Shown: positions 18,851 to 28,272 of the stretch, in pieces | Layout: the number at the start of each line of letters is the position of its first letter | Position numbering within the stretch: position 1 is the stretch's first letter | Position numbers and translations under genes: made by a program | NCBI GenBank assembly: GCA_963705105.1 | Contig: CAVPIW010000006.1 | Coordinates: 928,001-992,000 of the forward strand | Origin: an uncultured Nitrospiraceae bacterium | GTDB taxonomy: Bacteria > Nitrospirota > Thermodesulfovibrionia > Thermodesulfovibrionales > Dissulfurispiraceae | Direction: 5' to 3' | DNA: 64,000 nucleotides | Notes under the pieces: model-generated | Told to the model about the DNA's origin: nothing | The model's input: the letters and a program-made list of their open reading frames with translations, nothing else | Databases searched by the model: none

Positions 18851-20026
18851 TCATGCCGGAAAATCCTTGAGCCCGTAAGCGGAGCATTTGTAAGGATCGC
18901 GTCTCCCCTGCCCCAAAGATGTCTCCGCCCTGAAACGGCAGCCCCCACGGCATACATCGATGTGGCCGCAGGAGATGCGCGCACATTCCAGCTCATCGAG
19001 ACGGACGGGACTGACCCGGCCCCACGCTGCGCGGAGCCCCCCGCTTACCTTCCCTGCCGGTTTGTCCCCGTAGAAGGCGCATTTGGCGACCGTTCCGTCC
19101 GCCAGGACCGAGGCGAGATGGAGACCGCAGCCGTAACCTTTACCGCCGCCATGGAGCCCTCCCCCGAATCCATAGGAAAAATAAGGGCCGGCGATCTCGG
19201 GAGGGACCTGGAAGAGCGCGTTTTCAGCGAAGCTTCCCGAGACGCAGGGGACATCGACGGTCCAGTCCCTGATGCCCATGCCCCTGAAAAGGAGATCCAT
19301 TCCGTCGAATTCCTCCAGGTTTTCCCGGTGCACCATCGTGGCGACCGAGACGGACATCCCTTCAGAAAGGGCGTCACCGATCCTGTCCATCACCTTACCG
19401 TATGTCCCCTTCCCCCTCAGGGCCTCGTGGCCGTGCTCCATGCCGTCGACACTGAACTGGATCTCGTCGACGTTGAGCCCCCTGATGAGGTCCTTCCGGA
19501 GCAGGAGACCGTTTGTAAAGAGGACCTTCCTGAAGGCGTAAAACGGCAGATCGTTGTTGAACTCCTGAAAGCTGCTGTGCAGGAGGGGCTCACCGCCGCT
19601 GATGAGGAGCCGCAGCCCCTGCATCTCCTCGAATTCGCGGAGCACGCGACGCAATGAGTCGATGGGGAGTTCTCTGTCCGAAGGCTTTCCGATGTAACAA
19701 TGCCTGCACCGGAGGTTGCACTTCGTCGTGATCTGGAGCTCGAGGTACCGCAGGGACGGGACGGGGGATTTCAGCAGAGGCGGTCTCCTGACGGCAACAC
19801 GCCTCTCCGTCAGCAGGCCCTCGGAAAGACAGTCGTCGATAAAAGACCGGTCGGCCTGCGAGCCGTCGCACCCTTCGTCGGAGGCGCATCCCTGCAGGAA
19901 GGAGAAGGCACTGTCGTCGACCTCATAGAGTTCGTCATTCTCAATATCATAGACAGAGGGTTCTTCAAGCCGTTTAAGGGCACATCTGTCTGAAAGATAG
20001 TATCGCACCATGTATTCTACCATCAT
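18851..20026 (-). CDS. Radical SAM/SPASM-domain protein with an N-terminal RRE (PqqD)-like extension, candidate peptide maturase
   Basis: CNLRCRHC CX3CX2C, SGGEPL, C-x15-C (CGLHLASVLADGTVAKC) and C..SC.....C.GGC....DPYKC SPASM cysteines; ~85-aa N-terminal domain VYDIENDELYEVDDSAFSFLQGC. Confidence 0.88.
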   Translation of the reverse strand: MMVEYMVRYYLSDRCALKRLEEPSVYDIENDELYEVDDSAFSFLQGCASDEGCDGSQADRSFIDDCLSEGLLTERRVAVRRPPLLKSPVPSLRYLELQITTKCNLRCRHCYIGKPSDRELPIDSLRRVLREFEEMQGLRLLISGGEPLLHSSFQEFNNDLPFYAFRKVLFTNGLLLRKDLIRGLNVDEIQFSVDGMEHGHEALRGKGTYGKVMDRIGDALSEGMSVSVATMVHRENLEEFDGMDLLFRGMGIRDWTVDVPCVSGSFAENALFQVPPEIAGPYFSYGFGGGLHGGGKGYGCGLHLASVLADGTVAKCAFYGDKPAGKVSGGLRAAWGRVSPVRLDELECARISCGHIDVCRGGCRFRAETSLGQGRRDPYKCSAYGLKDFPA

Positions 20027-20161
20027 CCCTCAGCATCGGGGATCATGGTACAGCGATGCGAAATGCTTGCCCCTTCCGACACCAGGACCATGAGGGGGAT
20101 CGCTTCAGCACTCAAGAAGAGACGGATCGGCGGCCTCATAGTCCACCGGGGCAGCGAGATA

Positions 20162-20379
20162 AACCTTATCGTTGCAATACACTCCCGGGAAAGGCGGAGC
20201 GAAGATGCCACCGCAAGAGTCATTAAGTCATTGAGTCATTAAAGTCATTGTCGGCAGTCGACAGTCGGAACAAGGTCACGAATACCAGGACGGCCGCGTC
20301 GATATAAAAACGATTCCTTTCACTGACACTCACACTGTCACTGTTTTTCAGAGCGCTTTGTCCCGCCTTTGCATGCAAC
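20162..20379 (+). repeat. Intergenic repeat family copy 6 (short form)
   Basis: Near-identical to copy 5; the two bracket the radical SAM gene as direct repeats. Confidence 0.96.
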
Positions 20380-20524
20380 AGAAAGGTTAAGAAAGAAACT
20401 GTCGGAACCCGGGTATGGGCCGTCCCGTCAAGGCGGCTGTTCATCGCCTGTTCGAGACAGAAACATTTTCCCGTGAGCCCGCCGCCGGGTCACTGGCAGA
20501 GCCGACGGTCGAGACCCCTGCACG

Positions 20525-20974
20525 TCACGTTCCGCGCCGCCCCACGGCGTCGCGCAACGTGGTGATCATGTGCTGCAAGATCGCCATCAACGCCGCGGCG
20601 GTCATACCGAGCATCAGCACGCCGTTCACAGCCTCGAGCGGGCCGAGCAGCCTGCGCTCGCGGCTCATCACGATGTCACCGTAACCGAGCGACGTGAAAT
20701 TCACGGCCGAGTGGTAAATCGCGTCGTACGGCTGCTCGAACTCGCCGAGTCCAAGGAAGAGCCCGCCCCACAGAGCGATTTGCACAAAGTTGCCGACCAT
20801 CATCACCACCGTCACGACGATCAACGGGGCAATGCCCACCAGGAAGCCGCGGCCACTGCCGATCACCGACGATCGCCCCACGTAGTAGCGCACGCACCAG
20901 AAGGCCACGGCCACCTGCACGATCAGGCACAGCAACGTCACCGGAAGGCCGATCAGAAAATTGACCAGTGTCAT
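20525..20974 (-). CDS. Two-TM potassium-channel-like (Ion_trans_2) protein
   Basis: YHSAVNFTSLGYGD pore motif; AAGGAG RBS, ATG overlapping the upstream stop. Confidence 0.85.
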   Translation of the reverse strand: MTLVNFLIGLPVTLLCLIVQVAVAFWCVRYYVGRSSVIGSGRGFLVGIAPLIVVTVVMMVGNFVQIALWGGLFLGLGEFEQPYDAIYHSAVNFTSLGYGDIVMSRERRLLGPLEAVNGVLMLGMTAAALMAILQHMITTLRDAVGRRGT

Positions 20975-22017
20975 GGTGTCTCCTTCGATAGGATCATAGA
21001 GGTCGCTGCCGGAGGCGATCTCCGGTCGCGCCAGCGCTCGAGCGCCCACACGGTCGCCCATGCGTAGAACGCGACACCGACGAAGAGGCTCACGCGCATC
21101 GCGGCGCCTTCAAGCACGCTCTTGCCGCTTGCGCTGTCCTCGATCGCCGGACCGAGCAGGATCAGCGCGGTGATCAGGGCGTTGCTCCAATAGGACGGCG
21201 GGTACCGGGTGCGCCGCATGCGGTAGAGCGCCGAGCCCGCCCAGAGCGACGCGGCCATCAACCACAGCACGAGCATCCACAAGCTCGGCCAAAGCGACAG
21301 GCCAAGCCAGACCGCGAGCGCGATCAGCGCTCCCATCAGCGTCGAACCGACCAGCTCACGTCCGGCGGTTCGCGCATCGGTCTCGCCGGCCTGCTGGCCG
21401 AGCGCCACCGTCTTCATGATCGCCGCCAGGTAGAATGACGGGTCCGTCAGCGCGAGCACGAACACCGGCATCACGATCAGCGTGCCGCGCAGCGCGATCC
21501 AGCGCGCCATCGCGGGATCCGGCCGGATCCCTTGCCGTGTGGCCCCCGGCGTCGGCGGGTCAGGAAAGACGGCTGCCGACACTGCGCCGACGAGCGTGCC
21601 GACAAGCACGCCGACCGCGAAGGTCTTGCTGAGTACGCCGACCAGAGCCTGCTCGGATACGCCGGCCACCGGAACCAGCGTGAAAGCCAGAACCAGGACC
21701 GTGGTCAGCGGGTTGCGCCTCAACCGCCCGACGAAGAACAGCGCGAACAGCAGCGCCGCGGTCACGAGCAGGCCGGCGAACGCGAAGTGCTGGAGCAGGG
21801 GGACCATCGTTACGCCGGCAGCGACCATCAGCGACAGCGCGCACGCGACGACCACCGCCTTCAGCAGCGGCAGCGGCGGTCCCGGCTTGGATAGTACGAG
21901 CACCGCGAGGATGCAGACGAGGTACGGAGCCTGCAGCGCCATTCCGTAAGCGACAAACGCCGCCAGGCCTGTGCCGACCGTCAGCCGCAGCGCCGCCTTG
22001 TCGCCCCGGGACATCAT
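20971..22017 (-). CDS. DUF2955/FUSC-like inner membrane protein
   Basis: Polytopic membrane protein coupled to HlyD and TolC-type genes. Confidence 0.7.
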   Translation of the reverse strand: MMSRGDKAALRLTVGTGLAAFVAYGMALQAPYLVCILAVLVLSKPGPPLPLLKAVVVACALSLMVAAGVTMVPLLQHFAFAGLLVTAALLFALFFVGRLRRNPLTTVLVLAFTLVPVAGVSEQALVGVLSKTFAVGVLVGTLVGAVSAAVFPDPPTPGATRQGIRPDPAMARWIALRGTLIVMPVFVLALTDPSFYLAAIMKTVALGQQAGETDARTAGRELVGSTLMGALIALAVWLGLSLWPSLWMLVLWLMAASLWAGSALYRMRRTRYPPSYWSNALITALILLGPAIEDSASGKSVLEGAAMRVSLFVGVAFYAWATVWALERWRDRRSPPAATSMILSKETP

Positions 22018-23183
22018 CAGTACAGGTAGGTGACCCAGCTGACGAACCGCATGTAGAACGCGGCGAGCGCATTCATCAGCGGATGGTCGCCGGTGTAGAC
22101 CAGCACGTCGGCCTGGCCTCCGACACGCGCCATCTTCAGCCGCGGGAGTTCGGCGGGGTCGAATTCGACGGCGACCGGGATGCGCTGCGCCTGGCGCAGC
22201 CAGTCGCGGCTGTTCTTCACGACCGGCAGCGTTCCGGGCGGCGAAGTCTGCTCGCCGCCGACGCCGATGCCGATGCTGCGTACGCGACCCTTCAGCACTT
22301 CGCCCGGCAACACGTCGAGCACGATCGCGACCTCGTCGCCGGGACGGACATTGCCGATGTTGTTCTCGGTCAGGTCGGCGCTGATCCAGAGGTCCTGCAT
22401 CGCAACTAGCGTCATGACCGGCGCACCGGGCTGCGCGAACTGCCCCACTTCGGTGCGCAAGTCGGTGACGACGCCGCGCACCGGCGCCAGCACGCGGGTG
22501 TGGCGCAGGTCCAGTTCCGCCTTCTCGACAGCCGTCACCGCGCCGCGCAGCTGCGAGTTCTCGCCGCCGCTGCTCCCGGCCGCCTCCTGGGCTTGCCGCA
22601 GGTCGGCTTGCGCACGGTGCACCTTGCTGCGCGCTTCTTCCCGAGAGGCCTGCGCCATTTCCAGCCGGCGCACCGAGATCGTGCCCGGATCTTCCCGGTA
22701 GAGACCTTCCAGGCGACCCGCATCGCGCTCGGCGAGGTCGAGGCCGGATTCGGCCACCGCAAGCGAGGCCCGCGCCGCGTCGACGGCCGCCGCCGACGCT
22801 TGGACCGAACTGCGGACCGATTCGAGGTCGGTGCGCGCCCGCTCCAACGCGATGCGATAGGGCTGCGTGTCGATGTCGAACAACCGCTGGCCGGGCTGCA
22901 CCTCGTCGTTGTTGCGGATGTGCACCGCCGTGACCTTGCCCGCAACCTCGGCCGCCACGGGCACGACAAAGGCCTGCAGGCGCGCCTGCGACGTGCTTGG
23001 CGTCAGGCGGTCGCCGACGAAATAGAACGTGAGGCTCCCCACGATGAGCGCCGCGATTACGACTGCACCCACACGGGTCCCGCGTCCCGTCGGCGAACTC
23101 TTCGCCGGCTCCGCCGCTGTGGTTGCATCCCCAGCCTGGCCGGCGGCCGGCGGAGCGGACGTTGACGCTGGATCCTGGTTCAT
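22017..23183 (-). CDS. HlyD/EmrA-family membrane fusion protein
   Basis: TM anchor then TPSTSQA, VAAEVAGKV, coiled coil, WLRQAQRIPV; start MNQD after GGAGGAG. Confidence 0.88.
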   Translation of the reverse strand: MNQDPASTSAPPAAGQAGDATTAAEPAKSSPTGRGTRVGAVVIAALIVGSLTFYFVGDRLTPSTSQARLQAFVVPVAAEVAGKVTAVHIRNNDEVQPGQRLFDIDTQPYRIALERARTDLESVRSSVQASAAAVDAARASLAVAESGLDLAERDAGRLEGLYREDPGTISVRRLEMAQASREEARSKVHRAQADLRQAQEAAGSSGGENSQLRGAVTAVEKAELDLRHTRVLAPVRGVVTDLRTEVGQFAQPGAPVMTLVAMQDLWISADLTENNIGNVRPGDEVAIVLDVLPGEVLKGRVRSIGIGVGGEQTSPPGTLPVVKNSRDWLRQAQRIPVAVEFDPAELPRLKMARVGGQADVLVYTGDHPLMNALAAFYMRFVSWVTYLY

Positions 23184-24784
23184 CTTGTCTCCTCCGGCAG
23201 CGGTGGAAGGAATTCGGTCGCCGGTGACGGAAGGGGCGCCGTCAGCAGATTTCGCCAGTCGCTGCGCTCGGACATCGCTGCCTGCGTGGCATCGTCGAGC
23301 ACGGGCCGCAGCCGGCCAGCCTCCCAGCCGCCCCCCAATGCCTTGTACACGGCGATCAGGTTCTTCGCGACGTTGCCCTCGCTTGTCACCAGGCGCTCTT
23401 GCTGGTTGAACAGCGCGCGTTGCGAATCGAGCACACGCTGAAAGTCGACCAGCCCCTCGCGATACTGAAGGGTGGCGATGTCCAGCGAGCGGCGCGCCGC
23501 CTTTACCGCCTCGCGCAGGATGTCGACCTGCGCGCGACTGCGTGCGAAGCCCGTGGCGACGTCGTCCAGTTCGCGAGCGGCCCGCAGCACCACGTCCTGA
23601 TACTGCTCGTACAGTTGCTGGAAGCCGGCATCCTGTACAAGCACCTGGTTCGTTAGGCGGCCGTAGTCGAACACGTTCCACACCAGCGCCGGCCCGAGCA
23701 CCCAGCCGAGCGTGCTGCCCGTCGAACCGACCGAGGCGGCCGACAGCGCTAACGATCCGGCGAGGGCGATCGAAGGATAGAGCGCCGCCTCGCTGACGCC
23801 GATCTGCGCCGACTGCGCGGCCAGCTGCAATTCGGCCGCGCGCACGTCGGGACGCCGGCGCAGCAGCGCAGCGGGCAGCCCGTCGATCACGCTTAGCGGC
23901 GCATCGGGAATCTTCGCACGCCCACTGCTCATCTCTGTCAGCGGTCCTGGCGGGCGCGCGAGCAGCACGCACAACGCGTTCTGCGCCTGGCGCAGGCTGC
24001 TTTCCAGCTCCGGAATCGTGGCCAGCGTGCTCAGGTACTGCGACCGCGCCTGCTGCACATCGAGTTCCGAGTCGTTGCCGCTGCGGAACAGCCGTTCGGT
24101 GATCTCCAGACTCCGTTGCTGGAGGGCGGCGTTATCGTGCGCAAAGTCAAGGTGGCGCTCGATTGTGCGGATTGCCGCGTAGAGACTCGCCGTCTGCGCT
24201 GCCACCAGCACCTGGACGTCATCGTACTGCGCGATGCTGACGAAGTACGCGGCGTCGGCGGATTCGATGCCACGCCTGAACTTTCCCCAGAAGTCGATCT
24301 CCCAGGCGATGTCGAAGGCCACTCCCGCAGACCAGTAAGATTGGCCGCGGTCGTCTTCCGCGCGCCTGAAAACCGCTTCGCGGCTGCTGCTGCCCTCGCT
24401 GCCCACGCGCAGCACCTCGCCCGTCACCTGTTGCAGCTGCGGATACAGTGCACTGCCGGCGATGCCGAGCCTGGCGCGCGCCTCCATGATGCGCATGCCG
24501 GCGATCAGCACGCCGGGATTCACGCGCTGCGCCTCGCCGACCAGGCGGTCGAGCGCAGGGTCGCCGAACGTGCGCCACCACTCGTCGTGCGGCACCGGGG
24601 CGCGAGGCGGCGCGGCGTCGACGAGCGCACGCCACTCCCCGCCCGGCCAGTCCCGCAACCACGGCACCTGCGGGCGCGCGAAATCAGGTCCGACCGTTGT
24701 GCACGCGCCGAGCGCGAGCGCGGCAGCCAGTGCCATCAGTGACAACAGAGGGCCGCGCATCGCGGCCGTCGCCGAGCGTATCAC
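23180..24784 (-). CDS. NodT/TolC-family outer membrane efflux lipoprotein
   Basis: Lipobox LGAC, WW..FGDP.L, WEIDFWG, RRPDVRAAE, YKALGGGW. Confidence 0.92.
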   Translation of the reverse strand: MIRSATAAMRGPLLSLMALAAALALGACTTVGPDFARPQVPWLRDWPGGEWRALVDAAPPRAPVPHDEWWRTFGDPALDRLVGEAQRVNPGVLIAGMRIMEARARLGIAGSALYPQLQQVTGEVLRVGSEGSSSREAVFRRAEDDRGQSYWSAGVAFDIAWEIDFWGKFRRGIESADAAYFVSIAQYDDVQVLVAAQTASLYAAIRTIERHLDFAHDNAALQQRSLEITERLFRSGNDSELDVQQARSQYLSTLATIPELESSLRQAQNALCVLLARPPGPLTEMSSGRAKIPDAPLSVIDGLPAALLRRRPDVRAAELQLAAQSAQIGVSEAALYPSIALAGSLALSAASVGSTGSTLGWVLGPALVWNVFDYGRLTNQVLVQDAGFQQLYEQYQDVVLRAARELDDVATGFARSRAQVDILREAVKAARRSLDIATLQYREGLVDFQRVLDSQRALFNQQERLVTSEGNVAKNLIAVYKALGGGWEAGRLRPVLDDATQAAMSERSDWRNLLTAPLPSPATEFLPPLPEETR

Positions 24785-25913
24785 TCGAGGTGCCCGGCGT
24801 CCGCGTTGGCCGGCGGGAGCTTCGCCTCCGATTTTTCTCCGCGACCCAGCTCATGAAGAGCTGGTAGCCCAGCGCCAGCAGCGTCGCGCCGACGAACATC
24901 CCGAGAATGCCCGCAGCCGCCATCCCGCCGAGAGCGCCGAGCAGAATGACCGGCATCGGCGCCTCGACCCCGCGGCCCAGCATCAACGGCTTGAGGACGT
25001 TGTCGGCCATGCCCGAGACGATCAACAGCACAGTGTAAGCGATCGCCTCGAACGTCCCGTAGGTGCCGGTCCACCAGATATAGCCGATCGCCGGCAGAGT
25101 GACGATGAGCGCCGGCACTTGGGCGATGCCGAGCACCAGGACGATGGCCGCCAGCGCGCCCACCCAAGGCACGCCGGCGATCAGCAGGCAGACGCCGACG
25201 ATGATGGCCTGAATGAACGCGACACCGATGACGCCTTGAGCGACCGCGCGGATCGTCGCGGTGACAAGCACGGTATACTCGGCGCCGCGCTCATCGCCCG
25301 CGAAGCGCCTGAAGATCGACTCGCAGCTCCGCGCGCCTGCCTCCCCGAAGGCCATGACGATCCCGGCGATGATCAGCGCGGCGACGAACAACAGGAGCCC
25401 GGTGCCGATGCTGGCGACAAAGCCGAGCGCAGCCTTGGCGATTTCGCCGAGCTTCGGCTGCATGCTCTGCACCAATCCCGGCAGATCCGCGTAAGCCTGC
25501 GACCAGACGGCGTACACCTTACCGCCGACCACCGGCCATTGAGCCACCGATTCGCGCGGTGCCGGAATCTTGAGCGTGTTGTTCTGCACGTCGATGATTA
25601 ACTGTTGCAAGGAGTCGCCCAGCGAACTCATCAGCAGGGCGGTCGGCACGACGATCACCATGAAGCCGAGGAGCACCAGCAGCGTAGCCGCCAGCCCCTG
25701 CTTGCCGCCGATCTTGCGAGCCAACGCCTGATGCAGCGGATACAACGAAACGGCCAGGATCACCGCCCAGATCATCAGCGTCAGGAACGGCGAAAAGACC
25801 TTAAAGCACAGGAGGGCCAGGGCGAGGATCAGGCCGGCACGAATCAGGACATCCAGCAAAAGGGATGCTAACCGGTGTTCGAGTTCTTGATCAAGCTGGG
25901 GGGGGGTGTTCAT
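24684..25913 (-). CDS. AI-2E-family (PerM) transporter, possible frameshift in the C-terminal tail
   Basis: DNVLKPLMLGRG and GG..AAGILGMFVG motifs; tail overlaps the next gene by 100 nt. Confidence 0.85.
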   Translation of the reverse strand: MNTPPQLDQELEHRLASLLLDVLIRAGLILALALLCFKVFSPFLTLMIWAVILAVSLYPLHQALARKIGGKQGLAATLLVLLGFMVIVVPTALLMSSLGDSLQQLIIDVQNNTLKIPAPRESVAQWPVVGGKVYAVWSQAYADLPGLVQSMQPKLGEIAKAALGFVASIGTGLLLFVAALIIAGIVMAFGEAGARSCESIFRRFAGDERGAEYTVLVTATIRAVAQGVIGVAFIQAIIVGVCLLIAGVPWVGALAAIVLVLGIAQVPALIVTLPAIGYIWWTGTYGTFEAIAYTVLLIVSGMADNVLKPLMLGRGVEAPMPVILLGALGGMAAAGILGMFVGATLLALGYQLFMSWVAEKNRRRSSRRPTRTPGTSSDTLGDGRDARPSVVTDGTGCRARARRVHNGRT

Positions 25914-26084
25914 GGTTCATCTCCAGTAGTTTAGGAATTTCTTTCAGCATATAGTTGAAAATGTCGCAGGGTCCGTCATACGATCATTCCCCCTTCGGGA
26001 GGTCGGCGTCTCTCGCGACGTATGAAAACCTGAAGAGGGGAAAAGCATGACATCGGCTGCAACCGGCGTTTGCAGGGTCTTTTT

Positions 26085-26230
26085 TCCGATAACTTAGATT
26101 GACTGCAGCGTGAAAAGGAATGCCCCGCCAAGTGCGGAATACCCGCTTCAAGATGTTCGGGAAGGTGCAGGTCCGCCGAAAGATCCAATAGTAACCGTGC
26201 TGCAATTCCTCCGCGGTCATTCTGTTGTGA
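26085..26230 (-). pseudogene. Possible C-terminal remnant of a B12-binding radical SAM gene
   Basis: MTAEELQHGYYWIFRR...PNILKR resembles the tail of that family; no upstream body. Confidence 0.35.
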
Positions 26231-26731
26231 TACTTTGACCGATTTTGCTCCGACACGCCTTATCCCATCTATTCGATCTTATCGGAAGAAATAGGGTAAG
26301 TCAAGGAGACAGGCAGCCTTTTGCATCGTTTGGGGGGGAAAGTAACTGTCTCATATTACCGAAACGGGATATCATGCAGCCACTGCATGAAAATCAGAAT
26401 CTGTTATTCAGAGACTACAAGAGTTCCTCTGAAGAAAGCAGCATGACCCCGAAAAAGCAGTTCCGTGAGCGCGCTGATTCCCAGTGATAGAACTAAACCG
26501 CTGCGCGGTGGTGATGAGTGGTCAGCGCAGTGAAACTGAATAGAGCTTTATTCTCTTTGTAGAGGCGTCCCGTTCGGCTCCCCTTGTTGAACAATCCCCA
26601 TCGTCTTACAATCTCCTTTTGGTGTACCTGACGGCATGAGCTGTCGGATATTGATACCAGAGGAGTATCTGCTCTTTCAATGTGCTCATGCAACTGTGCT
26701 CAGCATCGCATTCCCCCCGAGCGAAGCGAGG

Positions 26732-26797
26732 GGGGAACGCTGAAGCTCATGGGGAGGCGTGAGCATCACGCCGATCCCATGAAGCGCCACGTTATAG
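26732..26797 (-). other. attC-like integron cassette site 1
   Basis: Minus strand CTATAAC, imperfect palindrome GCGCTTCATGGGA..GGCGTGA/TCACGCC..CCCATGAGC, then GTT; follows the stop of 26833-27192. Confidence 0.65.
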
Positions 26798-26832
26798 TTC
26801 ACCGTTTCGTTTCATATTGAATAGATACAACC

Positions 26833-27192
26833 TCACGAAAACAAGAAAGAACATACAATAAGCAATATGCCAGCTACGGATGTAAACGCGGCAAACCTAT
26901 AGCTACTGTCGAGCAAGTCCATGTTATTCCGCAGTCTTCGATATTCAGCCTCTGAATTCTCAGCGTACTTGTATTCACTATCAAAAAGCCCGCTCCTTCC
27001 TGAGCTACCGATAAAGCTTAATGTGCCCAGTGCCATCACTATTGCCCCGGTCACAAATAATGCCTTTGAAACTTCAGCCATTGACCTTATCCCTTGCCAC
27101 CAATACGCCAGCCAAACAATAACTATTATTCCTATGTCAAAGAGCATGATCCACAGGAAGAACCGTAATAATCTTGAGAGGATCACTTGCAA
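26833..27192 (-). CDS. Small membrane protein in a probable gene cassette
   Basis: Three hydrophobic segments, AT-rich, bounded by attC-like sites on both sides. Confidence 0.6.
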   Translation of the reverse strand: MQVILSRLLRFFLWIMLFDIGIIVIVWLAYWWQGIRSMAEVSKALFVTGAIVMALGTLSFIGSSGRSGLFDSEYKYAENSEAEYRRLRNNMDLLDSSYRFAAFTSVAGILLIVCSFLFS

Positions 27193-27219
27193 TCACTTTC
27201 CCGATATCGTTTTGTTTGA

Positions 27220-27268
27220 CTCAAACGTTCTGATAACCGGCGAGGAACGAGTCCGGTTGATTAGATGT
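27220..27268 (-). other. attC-like site 2, interrupted by a group II intron
   Basis: Minus strand AC..TCAACCGG..CCGGTTATCAG..GTTTGAG hairpin abutting the intron 5' end. Confidence 0.6.
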
Positions 27269-27660
27269 GTACGCCCGGCATGGGCGTGAGCTTATGGGGT
27301 GAAAGTCCCCTGTACGAGAACCTGAGAGTGTTCATACTAATGGATGCTATCACAAGTGCGGGCCGAAGGCAAGAGCCTGCCCCGGACCTGATCCGGGGAA
27401 CAGAAACCACATACAAGGCTCAGTCCCCGGGCGAGTTGGCACAACACAACGAAGCCCTCAGGTTCAGGGGATAGGGTAAATGCGGCGGTTGTGCATGGAC
27501 AGTTCACGCTCCCGGATCGGAGTCCGGGACAAGCCTTATCCGGGGAGATCTGCGCGTCATGCGACAGGAGGTTCATGAGCAGAATCCGGACGAGGTCTAT
27601 CCGGTTGACCAATGGCCCGGAGCATCCGGTCAGCACGCAGAAGTCAGCAGACGACATAGT
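27269..27660 (+). mobile_element. Group II (class C/attC-type) intron 5' fragment, no RT ORF
   Basis: GTACGCCCGGCATGGGCG start, GGGGTGAAAGTCCCC, GCCGAAGGCAAG, GGAGATCTG, CAGAAGTCAGCAGA. Confidence 0.8.
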
Positions 27661-27688
27661 GGTCCCTCCGATCCCGCGCAGCGACTCG

Positions 27689-27910
27689 TTATGCTGCCGT
27701 TAATTCTAATTTTTCTTTAGTTTCGGAAGGCAGGCGGACGGGTGAGAAATAATCTTCTGGGTACAAATAATCTTCTCCCGATTCATCTACCACCCTTAGT
27801 TGATGATGTTGTGCTGCTATTTTGTCCGATAGTACTTCGTATATTTTTCGGACCTCAAGTGATGCCTCGTACCCCCGATTGTTAACGCAGATCATAAAGT
27901 GTCTTTTCAT
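27689..27910 (-). CDS. Small hypothetical protein, downstream partner of a TA-like gene pair
   Basis: CVNNRGYEASLEVRKIY..RVVDESGEDYLYP; GGAG RBS. Confidence 0.7.
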   Translation of the reverse strand: MKRHFMICVNNRGYEASLEVRKIYEVLSDKIAAQHHQLRVVDESGEDYLYPEDYFSPVRLPSETKEKLELTAA

Positions 27911-27924
27911 AATCAATTGCTCCG

Positions 27925-28155
27925 TTAGAGATATCTTTTGATTTTGATTTCTTTTTTTCCTATGCCGTGCCCTTCGTACCAATGAACTTCAGCGTTCATC
28001 ACTGCTCCATCGCTGAGCTTCACACGACATATTCCCTTTAGTTTTCGCCAATTTGCATTGCCGTATGTTCTATTCAGTCGTTTCAGATTCTTGATGCCGT
28101 GACCAGAAGCAATCGTTTCGATGTTCCTGATTTGACCAGTTATCTTGAAGTGCAT
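27925..28155 (-). CDS. Small basic hypothetical protein, upstream partner of a TA-like gene pair
   Basis: IETIASG.GI....RL...YG...WRKLKG..AEVHWYEGHGIGKKE. Confidence 0.7.
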   Translation of the reverse strand: MHFKITGQIRNIETIASGHGIKNLKRLNRTYGNANWRKLKGICRVKLSDGAVMNAEVHWYEGHGIGKKEIKIKRYL

Positions 28156-28272
28156 GACTTATTTTATCACTATTCCATTTACTTCACGCGAATAATGCGG
28201 ACGTAACCCGTTTAACGGGTTGACGGATTGGTTGGAAATTGGCACACTTTCACCCTTGCTGGGCGGATAGTC

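Noticed and set aside
23184..23972. N-terminal extension of the 651-aa HlyD ORF
   Set aside because: Overlaps the TolC gene in another frame; the real start is at 23183 with an RBS
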